Source of the DNA: Gammaproteobacteria bacterium
GTDB taxonomy: Bacteria; Pseudomonadota; Gammaproteobacteria; HTCC5015
Length of the DNA stretch: 64,000 nt
NCBI GenBank assembly: GCA_036274675.1
Contig: DASUFE010000122.1
Span: 14,095-78,094 of the forward strand
Reading direction: 5' to 3'
In this document: piece after piece, positions 48,098 to 56,162 of the stretch
Numbering within the stretch: position 1 is the stretch's first letter
Layout: each line of letters starts with the position of its first letter
The notes under the pieces: generated by a model
Seen by the model: only the letters and a program-made list of their open reading frames with translations
The model's database searches: none
Told to the model about the DNA's origin: nothing
Program-made: the position numbers and the translations under genes

Positions 48098-49261
48098 TCA
48101 GGCGGCGCGTTTGTTCAGTTCGGTGCCGGGCCGCCACTTGTAATCCAGGGCGACTGCTTCAGAGGGCGAGCCCTGCGAGTTCATTTGCCGCCGGTAGTCC
48201 TGGGAAACCGGGCTTTCGATTTCCTTGCCGACGAAACTGGTCCCGTCCTTGCGCAGGCCGGCCTCCTGCTGGAGGGTCCGGCGCACGAATTCGCGCTGGC
48301 TCTGGTAGGCGATCGGATCGGGCAGGCGGTCCGGCAGGATCTCCGCCGGGTCCCGGTTTTCGTATTTCTTGAAGAGGTTGATCACGAAGTTCAGGTGCCC
48401 CAGTTCGTAATCCAGAAAGCGTTCCCAAAGCGCTTTGACGCGCGGGTTGGTTTCCGATTCTACGCAGCTGTAATAGTTATAGACCTCGTTGGCTTCCAGC
48501 AGCAGCCACTTTTCGAGCAAGGTTTCGCCGGGGTCGAGCAGTGAGCCGTATTGAGTGACGTGCTGCTCCTCTATCGAGGCGATTTCCGCGTACAGTTGGC
48601 GCGCCAGCGGATCGGCGAAGCTTGGCCCGATGTTCATGTAGTAGTCCCGGGTCTGATACTCGCCCGCCACCAGCGTGAGCGCATTGAACTTGCTGATGGG
48701 GCTGGCCAGCACGCGGTCATAATGATTGACGAGGTCGTCCGCCGGCGCGCGGTGCTCCTCGACGGTGGGACGGCCAGGAATGATGTCGGTGTAGGACTGC
48801 AGGATGTTGTTGGCATCCTTGCCCTCAACGCGGTCCAGCAGGGCCGAGTAGCGGTACATATGATCGAAGTCCTCCAGCAGGCCGTAGCGGTATACCTGCG
48901 CCAGATAGGGGTCCGGCTCCTGCTGGGCGATGGCGGCGGTAACTTCGATGGCCACCTGTTCGTAGGCGATCGTCGTCTCAAGCGGCGAATGGTCGGGAGA
49001 AAGCAGCCAGTTGATCAGGGTCTGTTGATGGTGTTCGATACGCCGCACCATTGCCAGGTGGTCGCGCAGTTCACCGTTCATCCACGCGCAGGCGTGCTGA
49101 AAGCGGTTGGATTGCTGCTCGATGCCGTTCATAAGGACTATCCTAACCCGGGTAAACGCATCGTCATCCAGCTTGCTGATAGGGCGTTGCACCAGTTCCT
49201 TCCATGTGAAGGTCTGCTTGCTCAGGGGCGTGCCCTTCGCGTCAAAAAGTTTTACCGTCAT
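48098..49261 (-). CDS. Ferritin-like/rubrerythrin-like di-iron domain protein (387 aa)
   Basis: ORF 48098..49327, start set at MTVKLFDAKG (ATG at 49261, AAGGAG RBS). ExxH-type blocks: RRIEHHQQTL, ASIEEQHVTQY, LDYELGHLNF. It ends 30 nt upstream of the second ferritin-like gene. Confidence 0.75.
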   Translation of the reverse strand: MTVKLFDAKGTPLSKQTFTWKELVQRPISKLDDDAFTRVRIVLMNGIEQQSNRFQHACAWMNGELRDHLAMVRRIEHHQQTLINWLLSPDHSPLETTIAYEQVAIEVTAAIAQQEPDPYLAQVYRYGLLEDFDHMYRYSALLDRVEGKDANNILQSYTDIIPGRPTVEEHRAPADDLVNHYDRVLASPISKFNALTLVAGEYQTRDYYMNIGPSFADPLARQLYAEIASIEEQHVTQYGSLLDPGETLLEKWLLLEANEVYNYYSCVESETNPRVKALWERFLDYELGHLNFVINLFKKYENRDPAEILPDRLPDPIAYQSQREFVRRTLQQEAGLRKDGTSFVGKEIESPVSQDYRRQMNSQGSPSEAVALDYKWRPGTELNKRAA

Positions 49262-49731
49262 GATTTGCTCCTTATTGGAATTGGGTTTGGTTTTGGGCAG
49301 CGCCGCAGCAATGACTAATGCATGCATGCAAGCCGCATACCGGTGGAACCCAAAAAAGAGTCCTGTGAAACCGGAAGGAAAAAGCGATCAGACGGTACAG
49401 CAGGGGCAGAGGGAGCAGGAAACTGCGCCGGCCGTAACAGGGTAGCCCTCGCCCTGCAACGCGCCTTACAAACCGAACTGTAAATCGTACATCCGGGCTT
49501 TTAATCTCGTTCTTGTGGGAAATTTCTGTATAGCCGATATTGCAACTGGAAAAAGCAGCCTTCCGCTTTGTGCAGCGGCCTCATCGTTCTCCATCCGTGG
49601 CATGTAGTATACGGTGGACGGGAGTCTTGGTGGTTGGGTTTCCAGACTTTGCGGGAAGGGCATTCACGAAGTGGCGCCGTCGTGAAGCATAAGAGGCTAA
49701 AGAAGAAATGAGTGGACTCGAAGCGGTCCGG

Positions 49732-49769
49732 CAAAAGAAAGGCCCTTACGAGGGAAACATAAGGGCCTT
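49732..49769 (-). terminator. Strong intrinsic terminator about 210 nt downstream of the OMP gene
   Basis: On the minus strand: aaggccctta-tgtttccctcg-taagggcctt (10-bp perfect stem) followed by tcttttgc. Confidence 0.8.
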
Positions 49770-49977
49770 ACAATCGTCCTTGATGTCGTTGAGCATCAGT
49801 TTCCGGCTTGAGGAGAGAGGTTCCTCGCCATGCCATGCGACTGTCGATGTTGTCGGAAACTGAGTCGGGCATTCGGGCCTTGCCTCTGAATGCCATTCCC
49901 TCGCGCTAAATTTAAGTTCAGGATTGCGCGGGGGTACATGAGGCAGCGGTCCCTGCCGCCCCATGCGTGTATGTTCC

Positions 49978-50502
49978 CTAGAACTCCATATTCAGACTGA
50001 TCGAGGGCATGTCGATGTCGGCGTTGCCGAGCTCGTAATGCTCGAATTCCAGTTTGACTCCTACTCCCTCGTCGCCACCCACGCGCGCGCCGATACCGTA
50101 GAAAGTATCGTTGCCGTCATCGCTGACATTCACGGTGTTGGCTATGGTGGCGTCCGCGTTCCAGTACAACTGGCCGGCTTTGGCATAGAGTCGGCTGTCA
50201 CCGATGGGGAAGCCAAGCAGCGCGGCAATGGTCTCTCCATCCGCTTCCAGTTGCAGCGGTTCGTCCTTGATATCGCCGAATTCCACATGCGAGACCTCCA
50301 GGCTGAAAATATCGCCCAGGTCCAGGCCGCCGTATAGCTTCCATGCCGCGCGGTCGTCTTTCAGGTCGTTGTCTTCATCAAGAAAATCCTGGTCTTCGAT
50401 GCGGAAATAACCCAAACCTGCGCCCACGTACACGCCAGCAAACGACGGCAATGAACTGCACAGCAGAGTGAGGGTCGTGAGGCCTATAATCTTCTTGTTC
50501 AT
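49978..50502 (-). CDS. Small outer-membrane beta-barrel protein (OmpA-like/OmpW-like porin family)
   Basis: Signal peptide MNKKIIGLTTLTLLCSSLPSFA. Alternating amphipathic strands (GVYVGAGLGYF, WKLYGGLDLG, FSLEVSHVEFG, LYAKAGQLYW, FYGIGARVG, VKLEFEHYELG). C-terminal ...SLNMEF with a terminal Phe. Confidence 0.8.
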   Translation of the reverse strand: MNKKIIGLTTLTLLCSSLPSFAGVYVGAGLGYFRIEDQDFLDEDNDLKDDRAAWKLYGGLDLGDIFSLEVSHVEFGDIKDEPLQLEADGETIAALLGFPIGDSRLYAKAGQLYWNADATIANTVNVSDDGNDTFYGIGARVGGDEGVGVKLEFEHYELGNADIDMPSISLNMEF

Positions 50503-50666
50503 TCCATTCTCCTTGGCCAGTAGCGCTGGCTCCGATAAATCCTGTCGCTGGCGTCATGGAACACGGGACAGTGGATTTCACACCTGCCTGCTGCGTCAGT
50601 GGTCTTTAGTTCCACTTGGATCAGAAGTGATTCCGCTGCCCCGGTCCAATCGGTACCCTCGATTAC

Positions 50667-51068
50667 TTATTGAACCGAGGTGGAATCCTGCGACAGAGCA
50701 TCTTCATATTCGCTCTGGCTCAGCTGGCCATCCTTGTTTTCATCGGCACGGTCGAAAACCCGCGACAGGCTCTGCTGGCTGGCGGCTTCGCGACGGCTGA
50801 TTTCGCCGCTGCTATCCTTATCCAGGCTGGTGAAACCCTGCGGAGAGGTGCTGCTGCCGGGGCTGCTCTGGTTCTGGCCGGCCTGGGTGCTGCTTGACCC
50901 CATGGAGCCGGAACCCATGCTGGGGTGGGAGCTGCTGCTTCCGGAAGCGCTGCTGCTGTCACTGCCGGTGGCGCTGTTGCCGGTGCTGCTGCCGGTTGTG
51001 GTCTGCGCGAAGGCAACGCTGGAAATCAGAGCCAGGCTGCCAATCAACGTAGTAAGTTTCATCTTCAT
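50667..51068 (-). CDS. Secreted EF-hand calcium-binding protein with a Ser/Gly-rich low-complexity region
   Basis: Signal peptide MKMKLTTLIGSLALISSVAFA. Two EF-hand loops: DKDSSGEISRRE and DENKDGQLSQSE. CAGGAGAA RBS. Confidence 0.8.
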   Translation of the reverse strand: MKMKLTTLIGSLALISSVAFAQTTTGSSTGNSATGSDSSSASGSSSSHPSMGSGSMGSSSTQAGQNQSSPGSSTSPQGFTSLDKDSSGEISRREAASQQSLSRVFDRADENKDGQLSQSEYEDALSQDSTSVQ

Positions 51069-51135
51069 ATCGGGTTCTCCTGTATATGTGTTGGTTGTTT
51101 ATGCAACCGGATTTGTCTATTCACCCGTTCATATA

Positions 51136-51150
51136 TCAAGAGCCGTGCCA
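51136..51150 (-). promoter_or_regulatory. Candidate sigma54 promoter upstream of the EF-hand gene (TGGCACG-N4-TTGA)
   Basis: The minus strand reads ccgcTGGCACGgctcTTGAtatat. This matches the TGGCACG-N4-TTGC consensus with correct spacing except that the -12 C is an A. It lies about 70 nt before the ATG at 51068. Confidence 0.4.
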
Positions 51151-51265
51151 GCGGGTTCAAAGTGAATAAAAACAAGGGATTGCCAGAAAACCGGGCGGGC
51201 GGTGAGTTACGTGAAGTGTCGTCATACGGCAACGCGCCGCGGGCCTCTGAAGCAAGAGGTTGTTT

Positions 51266-52642
51266 CTAAAGGCTTCTGCTGTCGCCGGAATGCGACAAAG
51301 AGGGCTGGGAACGCTTGAAGCGCTCCGCCTCGAGCCCGTACTTGCGCAATAATTTATAAAAATCCGTGCGGTTGCGTTGCGCCAGGCGCGCCGCCTGGGT
51401 GACGTTGCCGCCGGTGAATTGCAGCAGTTGAGCAAGGTAATTGCGGGTAAATTCGTCGCGCGCTTCGTTGAAAGACGGCAGTGTGTCGGGCTTCGAGCCC
51501 AGGGCTTTCTCCACGGACGCGGCGCTGATGACGGCGCCGGGCGAGAGCGCGAAATTCTGTTCGACCACGTTCAACAGCTGGCGCACGTTGCCGGGCCAGT
51601 CCGCCCGCACCAGCAGTTCCATCGCTTCCGGCGCGTAGACCTTGCGGACTCCATGGCGCCCGGCCAGGTTGCTCAACATGTGCTGCGCCAGCAGCGGTAC
51701 GTCCTCGCGCCGCTCGCCCAGCGGCGGGACCTGCAGGGTGACGACGTTGATGCGGTAAAAAAGATCCTCGCGGAATCTGGCGGCGGCGATCGCCGCCTCG
51801 AGATTGGCATGTGTCGCGGACAGCAGACGCACATCGATATCGATGTCAGCCAGCTTGCCGAGCGGGCGCACCTTGCGTTCCTGCAGCACGCGCAGCAGTT
51901 TGGCCTGCAGGTGCAGCGGCATGTCGCCGATTTCGTCGAGGAAGAGGGTGCCCCCGTGCGCGGCCTGCAACAGGCCCGAGTGGCTGCGATTTGCGCCGGT
52001 GAAGGCGCCGCGTTCGTAGCCGAAAAGTTCGGCTTCCATCAGGTTTTCGGGAACGGCCGCGCAGTTGAGCGCGATAAAGGGCTTCTGCGCCCGATTGCTG
52101 GCCTGATGGATCGCCCTCGCGATCAATTCCTTGCCGGTGCCGCTGGCGCCGTTGATGAGAACACTGCTGTCTGTTTTTGCCACAAGCCGGACCTGCGCCA
52201 GCAGATCGAACATCCGCGTACTGCGCGTCACGATGCCGCCCTGCCAGTCCTCGCTCTCGATAATAGCGCCGCTCGCCTCGATGGCGCGGGCCACCTGCAG
52301 CAGCAGCTCATCCTTGTTCACCGGTTTGGTCAGAAACGCGAAGGCGCCGTTGCGCGTTGCCTCGACTGCCTCGGGGATCGTGCCGTGCGCGGTTAGGATG
52401 ATGACGGGCAGGCCCGGGCACTTCTTGTGCAGGTCGTGCAATAGCGCCATGCCGTCCATCTTGTCCATTCTGAGGTCGGTTATTACCGCGGAGGGCCGTT
52501 CATTACTGAGACAGGCCAGTGCGCCGAGCGCGCTGTCCGCTGTTTCGACCCGATAACCGGCCGAGCCGAGACGTAACGCCAGCAGCTTCAGTAAATCCGG
52601 GTCGTCATCCACCAGCAGGATTTTATGCGTGTTTTTTTTCAC
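51266..52642 (-). CDS. glrR: Sigma54-dependent response regulator, GlrR/QseF-like (REC, AAA+ sigma54-interaction and HTH domains)
   Basis: GTG start overlaps the upstream stop (GTGA). The receiver domain ILLVDDDPDLLKLLALRLGSAGY...VITDLRMDKMDGMALL...PVIILTAHGTIPEAVEATRNGAFAFLTKPVNKDEL closely parallels my recollection of E. coli GlrR. AAA+ blocks: GASGTGKE, GAFTGA, ESELFGY-type (EAELFGYERG). C-terminal Fis-type HTH. Confidence 0.8.
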   Translation of the reverse strand: MKKNTHKILLVDDDPDLLKLLALRLGSAGYRVETADSALGALACLSNERPSAVITDLRMDKMDGMALLHDLHKKCPGLPVIILTAHGTIPEAVEATRNGAFAFLTKPVNKDELLLQVARAIEASGAIIESEDWQGGIVTRSTRMFDLLAQVRLVAKTDSSVLINGASGTGKELIARAIHQASNRAQKPFIALNCAAVPENLMEAELFGYERGAFTGANRSHSGLLQAAHGGTLFLDEIGDMPLHLQAKLLRVLQERKVRPLGKLADIDIDVRLLSATHANLEAAIAAARFREDLFYRINVVTLQVPPLGERREDVPLLAQHMLSNLAGRHGVRKVYAPEAMELLVRADWPGNVRQLLNVVEQNFALSPGAVISAASVEKALGSKPDTLPSFNEARDEFTRNYLAQLLQFTGGNVTQAARLAQRNRTDFYKLLRKYGLEAERFKRSQPSLSHSGDSRSL

Positions 52643-53172
52643 GGGCCGGCCTCCGCGCGCGGCGACGTTTCGACCGTGCGTTCGATGGTCGTCAGCGCCT
52701 CCAGCTTGTTGCGCGCCTCCTCCAGTTCGCTTGTCAGCATGCGATCATGATTCGCGGCCTGCAGCTGCTGCTCGATGATCAGCAGATAGACGCGGGCCAG
52801 GCTGGCCACCGCCGGCTCCAGTTCGTAGTGCTGCTCCAGCGCGGTCTGCAGCATCTGCCGGGCGGCCTCCGGATTATGGCCCGGATGGCCGGGCCAGGCT
52901 TTCAGCAGCGCCAGTTGTACACGATTCGATGCGGACGGATCCAATACCGCTCTCGTGGATACGCTTTCATACAGGGCTTCCTGGTGGGCGGCGTCCGTGT
53001 TGCTGAACTGATACAGCATGTCGAGGTAGTCGCTGACGGCTGTCTTGTCCGCCGCTGGAGCGGAAATCTCGTGATGCACCGCCGGCTGCATGCAGCCGGC
53101 CTGCAGCAGGATAAGCAGGGCTACGAGCCGATCGGCGGTACGCCACCGACGACGGTGCTGCGGATTCTGCAA
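52639..53172 (-). CDS. QseG/YfhG-like lipoprotein encoded between the kinase and the regulator
   Basis: In frame within track ORF 52639..53346. I place the start at the TTG at 53172, giving MQNPQHRRRWRTADRLVALLILLQAGC (lipobox LQAGC). The C-terminal coiled coil ends LEALTTIERTV, resembling E. coli QseG ...LENLTDIERQL (from memory). The position between glrK and glrR matches the enterobacterial operon. Confidence 0.6.
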   Translation of the reverse strand: MQNPQHRRRWRTADRLVALLILLQAGCMQPAVHHEISAPAADKTAVSDYLDMLYQFSNTDAAHQEALYESVSTRAVLDPSASNRVQLALLKAWPGHPGHNPEAARQMLQTALEQHYELEPAVASLARVYLLIIEQQLQAANHDRMLTSELEEARNKLEALTTIERTVETSPRAEAGP

Positions 53173-53200
53173 AGATCCATTCCCGTCGCCTGGCGGCCCG

Positions 53201-54652
53201 CTACACGGCCTGTTGCAACGGCAGTTGTATGACAAAATGGGCTCCTTTACTTTCTTTAGTGTCGACGATTCTGATTTCGCCATTGTGGGCGAGTACGCAT
53301 TCGCGTACCACGGCAAGGCCGATGCCGGTGCCTTTGACGGGACCATGGCCGGCCTGCCGGCCCTGATAGAATGCCTTGAATACGTGTTCGCGCTCGTCTT
53401 GCGGAATGCCGGGGCCTTCGTCGGAGACGTGGATGCGTATCCGGTCGCCGTTCTGTTCCGCGTTCAAATGGATCGTCGACCCGGCCGGCGAGAATTTGAC
53501 GGCGTTCGATATGAGGTTATCCAGAATTATTTCGAGCTTGCCGCAATCCGCCTGCAGCTTCAGTTCGGGTATACGCATGTCGATTTTGAGATCACGGCGC
53601 TGTATTGAAAGCTTGTGTTGCTTGAGGACCCGTTTCGCCAGCTCGCGCAACTTGCAGGGTGTGTATTGAAGACGCGTTTTCATGTCCTGCCATGCACTGA
53701 AGTGCAGCAGGTTCTCGATGGTTTTCTGGAGGAGAATGCTGTTCTTTTGCAGGATCTCGACAACCTCGTACTGGCTCTTCCCGAGCTGCCCCACGCTGCC
53801 GTCTTTCAACAGCTCCGCCCCTTCGCGTATATTGGCCAGCGGGGTTTTCAGTTCATGAGACACATGGCTCAGAAATTTGTTCTTTTCCTGCTCAAGTTCG
53901 TGCAGGCGCCTGCGCAACCAGTCGAGCTGTTGGCCGAGCGCCTCCAGGTCGAGCGGGCCGCGTACCGAGATTGGGCGGCTCATGTCGCCCCTGCCGAGCT
54001 GCAGAATCGCGTTACCCAGGCGTCGCACCGGCTTGGAGATGAGAATGGCAAACAAAGTCGCCAGCATCAGAGCGAGCGCGGTCAGTGCGGCTCCCTGCCA
54101 GTAAAGCGATTTCTGTATATATTTGGATTGGGTTTGCAGGTTCGCCAGCGTGACGTCGATGCTGAGATCGATGGTATTCGTCAGGACATAGGCGTCTGTG
54201 CTGAGCCAGGCGAATTCTTCCAGCGCATCGGCGATTGCCGGGCTGTCGAAGGGGTTCTGTTGCAATGTCTGCAGTAACTGCTGTGCGCGGTTCTTGATAG
54301 AGCCGATTTCAGGGCCCGGTTCGGTGAGAATGCTCTCAAGTTCGGACAAGGTCTGTAAGAGTCTTTCGTGTCGCGTCTGATATAGTCCCAGCAGTTCGGG
54401 ATCGCCCAATACGTGGTATTGCCGCGCGTTGCGTTCCAGCGAGGTGATATGTTCCAGCAGAATCTGGTTGTTGCGGGTGGCGCCCACGCTGTCGGCGATG
54501 ATCGCGCCGCTCTTGAGCGCCAGCCGGTCGACGTAGCTTTTGGTGAGTGCGATGGCCAGAATCAGCGGCAGGGACACCAGTGCGAAACCCGCCAGAATCA
54601 GCATGTTCAGTGAGCGGAGCCTGGGCAGTAGCATGCCCCATTCTAGGCGCAT
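53201..54652 (-). CDS. glrK: Sensor histidine kinase, GlrK/QseE-like (two TM segments, periplasmic domain, HAMP, HisKA, HATPase)
   Basis: H-box FLSHVSHELKTPLANI. N, G1 and G2 boxes: LDNLISNAVKF, VSDEGPGIP, GTGIGLAVV. The operon order is kinase, lipoprotein, sigma54 regulator. Confidence 0.8.
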   Translation of the reverse strand: MRLEWGMLLPRLRSLNMLILAGFALVSLPLILAIALTKSYVDRLALKSGAIIADSVGATRNNQILLEHITSLERNARQYHVLGDPELLGLYQTRHERLLQTLSELESILTEPGPEIGSIKNRAQQLLQTLQQNPFDSPAIADALEEFAWLSTDAYVLTNTIDLSIDVTLANLQTQSKYIQKSLYWQGAALTALALMLATLFAILISKPVRRLGNAILQLGRGDMSRPISVRGPLDLEALGQQLDWLRRRLHELEQEKNKFLSHVSHELKTPLANIREGAELLKDGSVGQLGKSQYEVVEILQKNSILLQKTIENLLHFSAWQDMKTRLQYTPCKLRELAKRVLKQHKLSIQRRDLKIDMRIPELKLQADCGKLEIILDNLISNAVKFSPAGSTIHLNAEQNGDRIRIHVSDEGPGIPQDEREHVFKAFYQGRQAGHGPVKGTGIGLAVVRECVLAHNGEIRIVDTKESKGAHFVIQLPLQQAV

Positions 54653-54887
54653 GTATTAAAGCCTCTCCGTGCGCAGAGCCACAAAAGCGCCAGGAGCGCT
54701 TTTGGTCAGGGCCGCTGGGCGGAGCCCTGCGTAGGAATGGTTTGCCCCGGAGAATTGCTCATCTGGATTTACCGCGTGCTCCGCACACGGGGGCGAGTAT
54801 CAGGACGATACGAGCACAAAGCACCGGAAGCGCTTTAATGAGCCACGTCCTTGTGGCTCACCTGATGATCCGGACAATTTGGACCGC

Positions 54888-56066
54888 TTAAGTCTTTCCC
54901 CTATCGCCGACGCCCAGCTCCGCCGCCACTGACATGAGTTGAGGCGTGCGCCAGGGGGTTTGCATGATTTCACCGATCAGAGCCCGGGCCTGCGCCGGTT
55001 TTCCGAGTTTGAGATAAGCTCTGGCCAGCAGCAGCTTCGCTTCGGAGTTCGGGCGCACCGCATGATTACGTTCGGCGTATTCCTGGAGGCGCGGATCGAT
55101 ATCCTGTTTTTGCAGCAGAGATTCGATGAGGTGGCCCGAAGCGGCTTCCGGGTAGAGGGCAAGCTGGCGTCCGAACAGGATGTCCGCCTCGCGGTACAAC
55201 CTGGCGGCCGCTGCCGGGGCTTCGGCCGCGAGCATATTTGCCAGCGCCGTGACGTATTCGGGTTTGTGTGTGCGTTCAATGATTTTTTTGTACAACGCGA
55301 CTGATGCGGGAATATCTCCCGTCAGACGCAGCGCTTCGGCGATGTGTTCCTCGATCAGCCAGTAGCCGGACCAGGCGCGGTCGGCGATCCGGTAATGTTC
55401 CAGCGCCTGTTCATAATGCCCGTATTCAAGTGCGACCAGGCCGCGTTGCAGTTCCAGCCAGGCGTAAGAACGCATATCCTTGGCCGGTATCATGTCCGCG
55501 GCCTGACGGTACAGTTCGTCGGCCTCTTCCGGCTGGCCGGTTTTCAGCCGGTAATACGCCAGCCGCGCCAGCGCATCCCAAGTGCGTCTTTCATGGATCA
55601 GGTCTTCATACCCTTGCAGCGCCTCGGTATAGCGTCCCTGCTGCAGGGCAAGATCGGCGCGCAGAGCCTGCAGGCTCGTGCTGTCTGCGGCGTTGGGCAT
55701 ATGCGCCATAAGATCCTGCGTGCCCTGCAGGCGATGCAGTTTGAAGTCGAGGTACGCGCCGAAATAGTAAAGGTCGTCCGATGGGCCGTAGGTCCGCCGC
55801 GCGGCGGCGATGGCGTCCTCCACCGCCTTGAGGTCGTCATAATCGACGGTCAGGGACGCGTATTGGTAGCGATAATAGACCAGTTGCAGGGCATCGTCCT
55901 TGCTGGCGGGAGCGTCGAACTTTGCAATGGCCGTTTTTAACCGGGCCAGCTCTTTTGCATAGTCCGTGTCTTCATGCGGCGAGCATGCCGCAGTGCAGAG
56001 GCAAAGACATGAAACCCAGATAATCGCAAGGCGAAGGCGCCAGGGCGTAGAGATTTTGATCGGCAT
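54888..56066 (-). CDS. Tetratricopeptide-repeat protein, probable lipoprotein
   Basis: N-terminal signal with Cys (WVSCLCLCTAACSP). Multiple TPR-like Ala/Tyr/Leu repeats (e.g. YEQALEHYRIADRA, AKLLLARAYLKLGKPAQARALI). Confidence 0.75.
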   Translation of the reverse strand: MPIKISTPWRLRLAIIWVSCLCLCTAACSPHEDTDYAKELARLKTAIAKFDAPASKDDALQLVYYRYQYASLTVDYDDLKAVEDAIAAARRTYGPSDDLYYFGAYLDFKLHRLQGTQDLMAHMPNAADSTSLQALRADLALQQGRYTEALQGYEDLIHERRTWDALARLAYYRLKTGQPEEADELYRQAADMIPAKDMRSYAWLELQRGLVALEYGHYEQALEHYRIADRAWSGYWLIEEHIAEALRLTGDIPASVALYKKIIERTHKPEYVTALANMLAAEAPAAAARLYREADILFGRQLALYPEAASGHLIESLLQKQDIDPRLQEYAERNHAVRPNSEAKLLLARAYLKLGKPAQARALIGEIMQTPWRTPQLMSVAAELGVGDRGKT

Positions 56067-56120
56067 TTTTTAATCCTTTGCGTCGGGCGACGGCTTGGTA
56101 TTGCGTATTCAGGGAAACAT

Positions 56121-56150
56121 AAAAAGAAAGCCGCCCGGGGTTCGGGCGGC
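56121..56150 (-). terminator. Intrinsic terminator of the DUF4331-like gene
   Basis: The minus strand reads gccgcccgaaccccgggcggc followed by tttcttttt. Confidence 0.8.
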
Positions 56151-56162
56151 TTTTGGATAAGA

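Noticed and set aside
49746-49964. 72-aa minus-strand ORF between the OMP gene and the strong terminator
   Set aside because: It has a weak RBS and an odd composition (Pro/Glu/Ser-rich, with no hydrophobic core or signal). Its stop lies inside the terminator stem-loop. I treat the region as untranslated RNA pending expression data.
54653-54887. Possible GlmY-like sRNA in the 235-nt gap upstream of glrK, where glmY sits in enterobacteria
   Set aside because: The minus strand contains gtggctcatt, which resembles my recollection of the E. coli GlmY 5' end, plus several hairpins. However, I found no sigma54 or sigma70 promoter immediately upstream of it, no TGTC-N10-GACA box in the gap and no convincing terminator with a T-run. 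The gtggctca also pairs with tgagccac just upstream and looks like the end of the TPR gene transcript. The evidence is too weak to call. An Rfam GlmY/GlmZ scan would settle it.
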